Assembly: GCF_044704955.1 (NCBI RefSeq)
Contig: NC_091999.1
Span: 23,374,001-23,438,000 of the forward strand
DNA from: Pristiophorus japonicus
Lineage: Eukaryota
DNA length: 64,000 nt
Reading direction: 5' to 3'
Shown here: positions 38,618-51,290 of the stretch, piece by piece
Layout of the letters: every line of letters begins with the position of its first letter
Numbering within the stretch: position 1 is the first letter of the stretch
Notes under the pieces: model-generated
Told to the model about the DNA's origin: nothing
Seen by the model: the letters and a program-made list of their open reading frames with translations, nothing else
The model's database searches: none
Translations under genes and position numbers: made by a program

Positions 38618-39600
38618 ATCAATGATATGGATACAGGAATTGTGAGTAATATCTCCAAGTTTGCAGATGACACTAAGCTGGGTGGCAGTTTGAGCTGTGA
38701 GGAGGATGCTAAGAGGCTGCAGGGTTAATTAGACAAGTTAGTTGAGTGGGCAACTGCATTAAAGATGCAGTATAATGTGGATAAATGTGCGGTTATCCAA
38801 TTTGGTGGTAAAAACATGAAGGCAGATTATTATCTGAATGTTGGCAGATTAGGTAAAGGGGATGTGCAACGAGACCTGGGTGTCATGGTACATCAGTCAT
38901 TGAAGGTTGAAATGCAGGTGCAGCAAGCGGTGAAGAAGGCAAATGGCATGTTGGCGTTCCTGGCTAGAGGATTTGAGTATGGGAGCAGGGAGGTCTTGCG
39001 GCAGCTCGACAGGGCCTTGGTGAGGCGTCACCTGGAATATTGTGTTCACTTTTGGTCTCCTAATCTGAGTAAGGACGTTCTTGCTATTGAGGGAGTGCAG
39101 CGAAGGTTCACCAGACTGATGCCCGGGATGGCAGGACTGACATATGCGGAGAGACTGGATCGAATAGGCGTCTATTCGCTGGAGTCTAGAAGAATGATAG
39201 GGGATCTCATAGAAACATATAAAATTCTGACAGGACTGGACAGGTTAGATGCAAGCAGAATGTTCACGATGTTGGGGGAATCCAGAACCAGGGGTCACAG
39301 TCTAATGATAAAGTGTAAGCCATTTAGGACCAAGATGAGGAGGAACTTCTTCACTCAGAGAGTTGTTAAACTGTGGAATTCTTTTCTGCAGAGAGTTGTT
39401 GAGGCCAGTTCGTTCGATATATTCAAGCGGGAGTTGATTATGGACCTTACGACTAAAGGGATCAAGGGGTATGGAGAGAAGGCAGGAAAGGGGTACTGAG
39501 GTGAATGATCAGGCATGACCTTATTGAATGGTGGTGCAGGCTCGAAGGGCCGAATGGCCTATTCCTGCACCTATTTTCTATGTTTCTATATTTCTATGTT
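38617..39600 (+). mobile_element. CR1 3' portion, duplicated copy of the 30102-32060 element
   Basis: ORF 38765-39499; shares the unique downstream flank gttcctactgacctgctc... with 32063 onward. Confidence 0.92.
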
Positions 39601-41170
39601 CCTACTGACCTGCTCCCTCATGTCCTCTCTAAAATGTTTTCAGAGATCACAGTGTAGGTGAGCACCTTAATCTTGGAGCGGTTTGCAGAATTGTGCATAG
39701 AATATTAACATTGTGCCTCCCCCACCCCCCGCGCCAGCCCCGCACCAGCACCAGCACGCGGCTCTCCTGCACTTTCCTATTCTCTCTCCAACCGCACACA
39801 CTTTTGTCGTTGGTTGTTTTCTAGTGACAACGTTTATTCTGGCCTCGTGTTTCGACCTCGGTACTGGCCTCGGATCCGGGCCATGCTGCTAGCCTCCTGT
39901 GCCAAACTCCCTGATGGTCTTTTCTGTATCTTCCTTGCGTTCTGACCTCCTTGTTGGACAGTGCTGTACCTTCCTTGGATCCCGACCACCCTGTTGTTCT
40001 GTGCTGCTCTGTACTTCCTCGTGTCCTGACCTCGCTGTGGGTCTCAGCCTCCCACCTCACTGTTGGTTCGTGCTGTACCTTCCCTGGGTCCCGAGCTTAC
40101 TGCCGGCCTTGGTTTACCGACCTCGCTGCTGCGCTCTGCCTCCAGGCCCTGCTGCGGGTCCATGCTGTACCTTCCCTGGGTCCCGAGCTTACTGCTGGCC
40201 TTGGCTTCCCGACCTCGCTGCAGCATTTGGACTCCGGATCCTGCTGCTGGTCTGTGTTTTACCTTCCCTGGATTCTGTCCTTGCTGCTGACCCGTTCTAA
40301 ACCGTTCCTGGGTCCCGACCTCACTGGTTGTCCGTGCTGACTCTTTCCTGGGTCCTCGCGACCCGCCGATTACTGCCAGTCCTCCGATCCTCGCCGGCAA
40401 TCGTTTCCCACCAGTCTTCCAATTTTGTAGGCCCGCTGTCACCCGGCAACTGGTGCCGCATTTTCTTTACCGGGATTTTACCGGTTTTCTTGCCAATCGG
40501 TGCCCGACTGGAACGGACTGGAGACGCCGGGTGTTTGTGCCACATACATCTTCACCAACTGCCAGTGCGTCCGCCTGTATAATGCCAGAAATTGGGTTTT
40601 TGAGGTCCTTTTAATTGGACTCTTGATGTGTGGGACATGAATGCACCAGAATTGTAAATTAGAATATATTTTACTGCCTGATACAAGCATTATTGTTGCT
40701 TTAGATGATTACAAGTGGAACTCACCTGGCATTTTATATAGGGCGCAAAAAACAAGTCTAGTGCTCAGTATAAATGGGGTTGGAAAGCTGCGGGAGAATT
40801 AGACCAGAAATAATTGCAGAAATAATTCTTCTCCATTTTAAAGTTATACATGCTGCATTCGTTTCATTATATTATGTTTTGGTTTCATGTTATTACCTTT
40901 AGGTAAATAACAAGAGTTAGTGTATTTTGGGAAGGAGAGAAGTAGATTTGTATCGAAAATCGGGCATTGCTTGCTGTCGAGGCGGGGAAGGCTGGAGATG
41001 CAAAACTGAGGCACTACAGCGCCACCGCTATCGGGAGAGTGTAATCAAAGCGTGGCACGTTTGCATAAGCAGTTTCCATTATAAATGTAGAGATAGGAAC
41101 ATAAAATGCGAGAAGTCCGCACAAAGATCGCAAAGATATAAGATTTCTATGATATTATAGATAGATATAT

Positions 41171-41750
41171 GGGTCCTGAATTTGAGGTCTGAGGCATACA
41201 CCCGGAGTACGCCACCAACACGAAAATAAATTGGTGTCTCTGGAGCTTTGGAGTCTTCAGGTCTTCGGACTCAATGCATATATCTGCATAAAGGCCAATG
41301 GATCCCAGGGAAGCAGGCGGTTCGGAAGCATTCCTGGAATCACCTGGCTGGGCCAGCCCAACCAATTAAATAGAGGGAATCACCATTACCTTATGGGGCT
41401 TCCAATTACAAAATAAATTCCCATAAGCTTGTGATAAATCTCTCAATAAAACACAATTCTAATAAAAATAACGAATCCCCAGTTCCAAATGAATGAAATG
41501 TCCCTTTTATTAAGCATTTAAAATGTTTCAGGGGCATTCGGTGGGGCGCAGTTGGGCCCTGCACAAGGAAGAGTGTTTTCGGGGTGATCGCAGATGATCA
41601 ATAAAGATGAATCTTGACAGATCGGAACTTCCGGGATTTACGTGCATGCGCAGCGCATATGGAAAGTCAGAAGTTGCGGACCCATTCTGAGGACTTACGA
41701 CGGCGCACGCTGTGCAGACACCATCATCAGCCCGGCTAAATCCGGGCAAT
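41171..41750. repeat. Unclassified interspersed repeat (MITE-like)
   Basis: GC/CpG-rich ends with AT-rich core; similarity to 36760-37125. Confidence 0.4.
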
Positions 41751-42639
41751 TATGAATATTCATCATTTTATTCCAATCGTAAATGGACAGACAGACATAT
41801 CGATAGATAGACAGTTNNNNNNNNNNNNNNNNNNNNNNNNNNNNNNNNNNNNNNNNNNNNNNNNNNNNNNNNNNNNNNNNNNNNNNNNNNNNNNNNNNNN
41901 NNNNNNNNNNNNNNNNNNNNNNNNNNNNNNNNNNNNNNNNNNNNNNNNNNNNNNNNNNNNNNACATATATACAAACATATAGTGAATGTTGTTGATATAA
42001 ATTATGACAGATAGTTCAATATATAGGTTGACATGCAGACAGACAGACAGTCAGATACAGAGAACGGTACAGTGATGCAGAGAGATCGATAATACTTTTC
42101 ACAAATCATTTTAATATTTTAAGAGACTAATGAGTAGCCTTGAGTACAGATGGATAGATTGCCATGGTGAATGAATGTTTGTTTGCTGTTCGTGTTAAGA
42201 AAATGGAAAAGGCTCTTTGTCAACATGAGGGTATGGAAATCTCAACGTGCAGTGGCATCTGATCTATAGCAACGTGGCATTGGGTACCAGAGTCTGTAAT
42301 AATATAATTGAGAAAGGGGGACAGGAGCTGGTGATCTCCCTCTGTACTGACGTCTGATCTACAGCAGTTTAGGACTGGTCCCGGGACCGTAATAATATAA
42401 TGCGGAAGGGGTGGAGGGGTGGGGGTGGGGGGGGGTTGCCTTGTGTAGTGAAACCTGATAAAAAAGTAGTGAGCGATTTGACTAAAATATGTAGACAAAT
42501 CATGGTGGTTGGAGGGGGTGGGGCAGAGAATTGAATATCAGTGAGTACAGACACTTGAACTACTGAAGGTTGGGACGGGGTGTCAGAGTTTGTAATAATA
42601 TAATGTCAGGAGATGGAAATCTTAATGAATAGTGAACTA

Positions 42640-42960
42640 CTACGGGGCAGTTCAATTAGTACTAATCTTGCCCCATAGCCATTTACATCTTTATTTTTGA
42701 AGAATATATCAAGGTAATTATGAAGGTTACTAATAAAAACTGCTTCCACCTCCCTCTCAGACAGTGCATACCCTGTCACAATATCGCACTGCACAAAAAT
42801 GCCTCCTAATTTGCCATCTCTTTTAATACCGATTAACTTAAATCGATATTGCCTGGTTACGATCCTTCCTCCAGTGGAAACTGTTCAGTTTTATTTACTC
42901 TATCGATATCTTGTCTAATATTGAAGACCACTATCAAGTCTCCACGTAATCCTCTCTGCT
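42640..42960 (-). mobile_element. Very degenerate CR1 3' end
   Basis: ccccatagcc...gcttccacctccctctcagacagtgcat CR1-type remnants. Confidence 0.6.
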
Positions 42961-42964
42961 CAAG

Positions 42965-43410
42965 GCGTCAGCGTTTGCTCAGCAGTCGCACCCGCACCTC
43001 TGACATCAGAAGGTTGTGGGTTCAAGTACCGCTACAACGATTTAAGCACATAATGTAGTCTGGCACGCCAGTGCATTGCTGAGGGAGTGCTGCACTGTCG
43101 AACGTGCCGTCTTTCTAATGAGATGTTGGTCTGAGGTTTTCCCTGCTCTCTGATGTGAATACAAAAGAACCCATGACAGGGGAATTTTCCTGGTGCTCCG
43201 GCTAATATTTATCCCTCACCCACCATCATTAAAGTGCATTATATGCTCATTAATCTCATTGCTGTTTGTCGGGTCTTGCACTGCATCGATTGGCTGCTGC
43301 GTGCCCTACAATGAACAGTGGCTTCACTTCAAAAGTACTTCATTGTTTCTAAAGCGTTTTGAGACGTCCTGAGCTCATCAAGCGCGCTAAATTAATTCGT
43401 TATTTATTTC
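42965..43410 (+). mobile_element. tRNA-derived SINE (DeuSINE/SacSINE-like)
   Basis: tRNA-like head with B box gggttcaagt, body ctgagggagtgctgcactgtc, L2-like tail. Confidence 0.75.
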
Positions 43411-43419
43411 CTTTCCACA

Positions 43420-44590
43420 CGCAAACAAGAAAAAATCTCCTTCCCTTCACCCTTCCCCCACTCCATCAGGGCCTACCCATTGGTTTGAGTAGAAACCTCT
43501 TTCCACACACTGCCAAAAGCCAGGGCTACTCTTCGCGGTCTCACGCTGTTAACTGGTGTCCCATAAGTATCTATCCCTGGCCCCCAGATATTTCTCATCT
43601 AAACGGCGCCCGTCGGGGCCGTCATCCAAAAACACAATATCACGTTCCACATATATGCTAACGACACACAGCTCGACCTCACCACTATCTCTCTCCACCC
43701 CACCAGTTTCTCTAATTTGTCAGGCTGCTTTTGTGACATACGGTATTGGATGAGCAGAAATGTTCTCCAACAAAATATTGGGAGTACTGAAGCATCGTCT
43801 TTGCTCTCGCCACAAAGTCCGTTCCATAGCCACCCACTCCATTCCTTTCGCTAGCGTCTGACTGAAGCTGAACCAGTCTATCTGCAATCTTGGGATCGTA
43901 TTTGACTCCGAGATGAGCTTCCAACCACCTTTGCGCTCCATCACCAAGATTGCCTATTTTAACCTCAGTAACCTCGCTATATACCACTCCTACCTCAGCT
44001 CATCTGCTGCGGAAACCCTCATCCATGCCTTTCTTACCTCTAGACTTCACTATTTCAACGCTCAGATGGATGTGCTCCCATCTTACACCCTCTATAAACT
44101 TTACCATATCAAAAGCTCAGCTGCCCGTGCCCTAACTCACACCGACCCGTTCCTCCATCACTGAACTTCATTCGCTCTCGTTCCAGAAAAATCTCCATTT
44201 AAAACTCTCATTGTTTTTTTAATTCATCCCTTTCTCGCTAAGCTCTGTAACCTTCTCCAATACAACAACCCACCGACATCAGTGCACATCTCTAAATCCC
44301 GGCCTTTTGCGCATTCTCTTTGTTAATCATTCAACATTGGTGGCCGCACATATAGCTGCGTCGTTCCTCAGCAAAATAATTCCTCCTTAAACTTCTCCAC
44401 CTCTCGACCTCGCTCTCAGTCTTTAAGACGCTGCTTAAGACCTACATCTTTGACCAAGCTTTTTCTCATCCATCCTAATTTCTTCTTATGAGGCTCGGTG
44501 TCAGATTCTGTTTAAAACCTCTCCTGTGTAGCACCTTGGGACGTTTTTCTTGGTTAATGGCGCTACATTGACATAAGTTCTTGTTGGTGT
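43420..44590 (+). mobile_element. L2-clade LINE 3' fragment
   Basis: FHIYANDTQL, AAETLIHAFLTSRLHYFN; L2 tail with (gtt)n-like end. Confidence 0.85.
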
Positions 44591-44959
44591 TGACAGACGA
44601 GGAACGCATTGCTATAACCTTGAATTAGTAGATTGTGGTGTTTTTTAAAAATTAAATGGTTCGGCTCTTTAACATATACATTCAGAGTTTATTGACTGCC
44701 AATTTTAGAATTACAACATTCACAGATTCAAACAACATTTCGCAGCAAACAGCAGGTAAAGAAACAGACAATGAGAATTAATATCTATGTTGAGAACCTG
44801 ATCGCATTTCTCCTTGATGAAGCAACTAATTAATAAATTGTTTACTTTGACCAAATGCAAGTGTCCACATATAGAATCTGGGATATGAACCAAAATTTTA
44901 TAGCGGCACAAACTGAAGCCATTCATTCAGATCGGAATTACTGATTGCAATTTTGCCCC

Positions 44960-45745
44960 TTGTGTGATCCTGTCCCCTCTCTCTCCAGAGCCGTATATAA
45001 ATATCAATCTAATCCCACAGCCGCGCTCATTCCTCATAGTGCTGTATAAACCGAAACTAATCATACAGCCACTCTCTCTCGGAAGCCCGGTACCAATTGC
45101 TAACTAACACCAATGCGCCTCTTTCCCCAGATTCATGTAGGAATTCTAATCTAATCCCACAGCCTCGCTCATTGCCTATACCCCAGTTACAATCCCAAAC
45201 TAAGTATGCTTTCTTCTATTTCCCTATATTCGTCGAACTATTCCACTGCATACTCTCCACAAAGCTCTGTATTACTGAAAAACAAATTGCTCTTTCCCCT
45301 CTTTCCCCATATTTCTGCATCAATTCAAAACGAATCCCACTGTCCAGCTCACTCCTCATTGCCCTGTACAAATCCCATACTAATCCGACAGCCCTCTCTC
45401 TCCCCACAGCCCTCAATCTCACCCAAACTGCTCCTGCTGCCCCACTGTCTCCCCATAACCCTGTATCAATCCCAAACTAATCGCATGGCCCCGCTCTCTC
45501 CCCATAGCCCTATATCATTCCCACACTAATCACACTGCCACACCCACGCAACATAGCCCTTTATCAATGCCACAAAAATCACACTGCCCACCCAAGCACC
45601 ATAGCCTTTATCCATCCGAAACTAACCTCAGTGTGCCACTCTCTCCCTATTGTCGTATATGAATCCCAAACTAATGCCACTGCCATGCTCTCTCCTGGCT
45701 CTCTTCACGTAGCCTTCTATCAACGCCAAACAATTCCCACTGATC
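44960..45745. repeat. ~49-bp degenerate satellite, ~16 copies
   Basis: Unit ctaatcccactgccccgctctctccccatagccctgtatcaatcccaaa. Confidence 0.85.
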
Positions 45746-46539
45746 CATCATGAAGGAAGGGAAAAAGCACATGGACCTGCTCCATGCAGTCGCTATTTTC
45801 CAATTGAGGAACATGGGTGGAGACTCGGTAAAATCAAGTCCCCACATCAATTCTAACCATATACCATCCCGAAAGACTAATGCCTTCCTATTGCCTCCCC
45901 GCCCTGTCTACACACAGCATGTCTTAAATTTTATCGTCTTCCATCAGTGAATTATTTGGTCCCATAACTAGATCTACCGTATGCAAACTGCATGTGAAGC
46001 ACCACTGCTGGCTTGGAGTCGCCGGAAACGTTACAGTACGTCACCAGCAATGAGGTCCAGTAGTCCGAGGTTCGCTCGTGACTTCCGATATTCAGCAGCA
46101 GATTGCTCGTGGCGTTGCCCAGGTCAAATTGATGCATGCAATTTGTTTTCATATACTTAAAATGGCAACACATTTGGGATCGAGACAGTAGAAACGAAGT
46201 GGCCTCGTAGTGAGTCTCAGCAATTACAACTACATTTAATAATGCACAATTGAATGAAAAATGTTGATGTAGCAATTTGCAATGGGAGATGGTGAGAGAA
46301 AAGCATGATCGAGAGATAGANNNNNNNNNNNNNNNNNNNNNNNNNNNNNNNNNNNNNNNNNNNNNNNNNNNNNNNNNNNNNNNNNNNNNNNNNNNNNNNN
46401 NNNNNNNNNNNNNNNNNNNNNNNNNNNNNNNNNNNNNNNNNNNNNNNNNNNNNNNNNNNNNNNNNNNNNNNNNNNNNNNNNNNNNNNNNNNNNNNNNNNN
46501 NNNNNNNNNNNNNAGATTGGGAGATAGATCGATAGATAG

Positions 46540-46760
46540 ATCCCTACCACAGAGAGTTATTAATGCCAGTTCATTGGATATATTCAAGAGAGAGTTAGAT
46601 ATAGCCCTTGTGGCTAAAGGGATCAAGAGGTATGAAGAGAAAGCAGGAAACGGGTTCTGATGTGAATGATTATCCATGATTTTATTGAATTGTGGTGCAG
46701 GATGTAAGGGCCGAATGGCTTACTTCTGCACCTATTTTCTGTGTTTCTATGTTTCTATCT
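46540..46760 (+). mobile_element. CR1 3' end
   Basis: SLPQRVINASSLDIFKRELD plus 3' UTR and tttctatg tail. Confidence 0.88.
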
Positions 46761-47654
46761 CCCATTTCCTCCCGCCACCCCAATTGGATGTGATTTCTGG
46801 GGTAAAATTCGATAGAGATAGACGGGGTACAGTTGACCCCCACCTATTGGGGAACTGGGTAGGCCAATGGTCCTGAGCTATGTTATTACAGTGCGACAAA
46901 TATTCAAATTAGATCCGGTGTCAGTCAACACAGAGATTTTCAGCAGTGACTTCCTCTCACTACATTTGTATATGACTGGTCCCCACTGCCACGGTGCAGT
47001 AGATCAGCTGTCAGTACACAATAAGATTTCCATACCCTGATGATAAAGCTCAGCATTTTCTACATTCTTAATCCGAACTACAAAAAGAGAAAGGGTTTTA
47101 TTCAAAATAATTCAGATATCCGTCCATTCACATTCTTGTTCTAATCTTTCAGATTGAACTTTTAGCAATCAACCAAATTGTTCAATGCATCAATATCTTT
47201 CTATCTATCAGTCTGCCCTATAATCTACATAGAGCTCTATTTGTCTTAATTTCTTAACTTATATCAACAACTCTCTCTATATGTTNNNNNNNNNNNNNNN
47301 NNNNNNNNNNNNNNNNNNNNNNNNNNNNNNNNNNNNNNNNNNNNNNNNNNNNNNNNNNNNNNNNNNNNNNNNNNNNNNNNNNNNNNNNNNNNNNNNNNNN
47401 NNNNNNNNNNNNNNNNNNNNNNNNNNNNNNNNNNNNNNNNNNNNNNNNNNNNNNNNNNNNNNNNNNNNNNNNNNNNNNNNNNNNNNNNNNNNNNNNNNNN
47501 NNNNNNNNNNNNNNNNNNNNNNNNNNNNNNNNNNNNNNNNNNNNNNNNNNNNNNNNNNNNNNNNNNNNNNNNNNNNNNNNNNNNNNNNNNNNNNNNNNNN
47601 NNNNNNNNNNNNNNNNNNNNNNNNNNNNNNNNNNNNNNNNNNNNNNNNNNNNNN

Positions 47655-50045
47655 GGCCTTCACGGTTCACGACACTAAAAACATCCCAATAATAGACAAC
47701 AAAGTGGAAATGGGGAGGAGGAAACATAAAACATTTCACTTAAGAAAAAGTATTGGTTAGCATAATGGGACTAAATTTTCACAAGTCGCCTGGAACTGAT
47801 GGTCCGCATCCTCGGGTCTTAAAAGAAGTGGCTGCAGAGATATTGGATGCATTGTTTGCATTCTACCAGAATTCCCTGGATTCTGGAGATATCGCAATGG
47901 ATTGGAAAATCGCAAATATAATGGTGCTATTTAAAAAATGAAGACGACAGAAAAAAGGACATTATACACTGGTTAGCCTAGCATTTGTCGTGGGGAAAAT
48001 GCTCGAATCCTTTCGTAAGGAAGTAATAGCATTGCATTTGCAAAAGCATAATACATTCAAGCAGAGTCAGCATGATTTTTTTTAAAGTAAATCATGTTTG
48101 ACAAATATTCTGGAATTATTTTAGAATGTAACTATCACGGTGGATAAGAGGGAATGAGTGGATGTTGTGTATTTTGATCTCCAGAAGGCATTCGATCAGG
48201 TGCCACATAAAGGTTACTGCACACGATACAAGCTCAGGGGGTCGGTGATAATATATTGGCATGGACAGAGGATTGGCTAACTAACAGAAAATAGAGAGTC
48301 GGGATAAACGGGTCATTTTACTTTGGGAAAACCGTAATTCATGGGATGCTACAGTGATCAGTGCTATGGCCTCAACTATTTACAATGAAGATTAACGATT
48401 TGGATGAAGGAACCATGTGTAATGTCGCCACGTTTGCTGTTTATACAAACATGGGCGGGAAAGCATGTTGTGAGGAGGACACAACGAATATAAAACGGGA
48501 TATAGACAGGCTAAGTGAGTGGGAAAAGATTTTGCAGATGGTGCATAATGTGGGAAAAAGTGAGGTTGTCCACTTTGGCATGAACCATAAAAAAGCAATT
48601 TAATATTTTAATAGAGAAGGACTACAAAATTCAGCAGTACAGAGGGACCTATTTCTCTATCCCTCTGTGAACAAACATTTGGTTTCGATCTTCACGGTAC
48701 AAGACACTAAACACATCCCAATAATAGACAATAAAGTGACTATAGGGAGGAGGAAACGTAAAACAATCACTTTCACGAAAGAAAAAGTATTGGGTAAAAT
48801 AATGGAACTAAAGTTGGACAAGTCGCCTGGAACTCATGATCCGCATCCTCAGGTCTTAAAAGAAGTGGCTGCAGAGATATTGGATGCATTGTTTGCAATT
48901 TACCAAAATTTCCTGGATTCTGGAGAGATCCCAACGGATAGAAAAATCGCAAATATAACGGTCCTATTTTCAAAAAGTAAGATGACAGAAAGCAGGAAAT
49001 TAGACACTAGTTAGCCTAACATCTATCGTTGGGAAAATGCCACAGTCCTTTAGTAAGGAAGTAGGAGCATTGCATTTGGAAAAGCGTAATTCATTCAAGC
49101 AGAGTCAGCATGATTTTTTTGAGAAGTAAATCATGTTTGGCAAATATACTTGAGTTCTTTGAGGATGTAACTATCAGGGGAGACGAGTGGCTGTGCTGTA
49201 TTTGGATTTTCCAGAAGGCATTCGATCAGTTGCCACATAAAAGGTTACTGCACAGGAGACAAGCTCAGGGGGTCGGTGGTACTATATTTGCATGGATAGA
49301 GGATTGGCTAACTAACAGAAAACAGAGAGTCGGGATAAACAGTTCATTTTACGGTGGGCAACGGTAACTAATGGGGTGCCACAGTGATCGGTGCTATGGC
49401 CTCAACTATTTGCAATCTATAATAATGACATGAATGAATGAATGGAGTGTAATGTGGCCAAGTTTGTTGATTAAGCAAAGGTGGGTGGGAAAGCATGTGG
49501 TGAGGAGGACACAGAGAATCTGCAAAGGGATATAGACAGTCTAAGTGAGTGGGAAAATATTGGGCAGATGGGGCATTATATGGCAAAGTGTGGCAGGAAC
49601 AACAACAAAAAAATTAATATTTTAATAGAGATGGATTACAAAATGCCGCAGTACAGCGGGACCTGAAGTCTTGAGCATGAAACACAAACGTTAGTATGAA
49701 TGTAAGGCAAGTAATCAGGAAGGCAAATTGAATGTTGGCCTTTATTGCAATGGGGATGGAATATAAACGTAGGAAAGTCCTGCTACAACTGTACAGGATA
49801 TTGGTGTGACCACACCAACAACACTTCGTACAGTTTTGGTCTCCTTATTTAACGAGGGATATACTGGCATTGGATGGAGTTCAGAAAAGATTCACTAGTT
49901 TGAATCCTGAGATAAATGTGGTGACTTATGAAAAAAGGTGGAGCAGGTTGGATCTATACACATTGAGGATTAGAAGAATGAGATGTGAACACGTTGAAAC
50001 ATATAAGTTGCTGAGGGTGTTCGACAAGTTAGATGCAGATAGCAT
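47655..50045 (+). mobile_element. Two tandem paralogous fragments of an older CR1 (47655-48650; 48667-50045)
   Basis: Both start at the same point (FTV.DTK.IPIIDNKV) and carry degenerate RT. Confidence 0.88.
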
Positions 50046-51290
50046 GCTTAACTATCTATCTACCTCTCCGTTTTCCTCTGCCACCCCAATTGGATGCGAA
50101 TTCTGATGTGAACCTCAATAGTATACAAGCATTGGTGGGATGAGTGTTTGATTCACCCCTGGAACTTGAGGTGAAATGCAAACGCGGACAAGGGGATGAA
50201 GGTCTGCTCTATCTATTGGTGGATAGGATGTGTCAGTAGCTCAGTGACTTCCGTTTGGAGACGGGATCAAATTCATACACAGATAGACGGGATATAGTTG
50301 TCCTCCCTCTATTGGGGGACTGGTTAGGGCAATGTTCCTGGACTTTGTTATTACAGATAAACACGTGTTCATATTAGATCCAGTGTCAGTTGACACAGAT
50401 ATTTTCATCTGTGACTTCCTCACACTACATTTGTACATGACGAATCCCCATAACCACAGTGCAGTAAATCATGTGTCAGTACATACTGAGATTTATATCT
50501 CCTGACTTCCTCCCACAGTATTAGTGTATGATTAGATCTCATTGACATTGTGCAGTAGATCAGGTGTCAGCACACAATAAGATTTCCATACCCTGATGAT
50601 GAAACTAAGCATTTTACACATTCTTAATCAGAACTTCAAACAGAGATAGGGTTTTATTCAAAATAATTCACAATTCATCTGTTCACATTCTTATTCTACT
50701 CCTTGGGATTCAACATGACATTTGTCAATCTACCAAATTATTTATTGCATCAATACCTTTCGATCTATCAGTCTGTCCAATAATCTACATATTGCACTCT
50801 CTGTCCTAATTTATATCAACAACCCTCTCTATAATGTTGTACATATATNNNNNNNNNNNNNNNNNNNNNNNNNNNNNNNNNNNNNNNNNNNNNNNNNNNN
50901 NNNNNNNNNNNNNNNNNNNNNNNNNNNNNNNNNNNNNNNNNNNNNNNNNNNNNNNNNNNNNNNNNNNNNNNNNNNNNNNNNNNNNNNNNNNNNNNNNNNN
51001 NNNNNNNNNNNNNNNNNNNNNNNNNNNNNNNNNNNNNNNNNNNNNNNNNNNNNNNNNNNNNNNNNNNNNNNNNNNNNNNNNNNNNNNNNNNNNNNNNNNN
51101 NNNNNNNNNNNNNNNNNNNNNNNNNNNNNNNNNNNNNTCACACACAATCCCTCGCTCTTTTTCTCCATCTATCCATCTATCTACCTTTATATGTACATAT
51201 CTACCTATCCATCTATCTATCTCTCTATCTATATATGAACGAATATTTGTTATCGGTCTTCACGGTACACGATACTAAAAACATCCCAAT

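Noticed and set aside
44726-44755. Possible 30-nt phase-1 micro-exon (cacag|...|gtaaag)
   Set aside because: No polypyrimidine tract and no neighbouring exons to connect to.
8680-45745. Tandem arrays as CRISPR-like or switch-region-like structures
   Set aside because: Units are whole degenerate repeats without unique spacers, the DNA is eukaryotic, and there is no AGCT/G-rich switch signature or J-C intron position.
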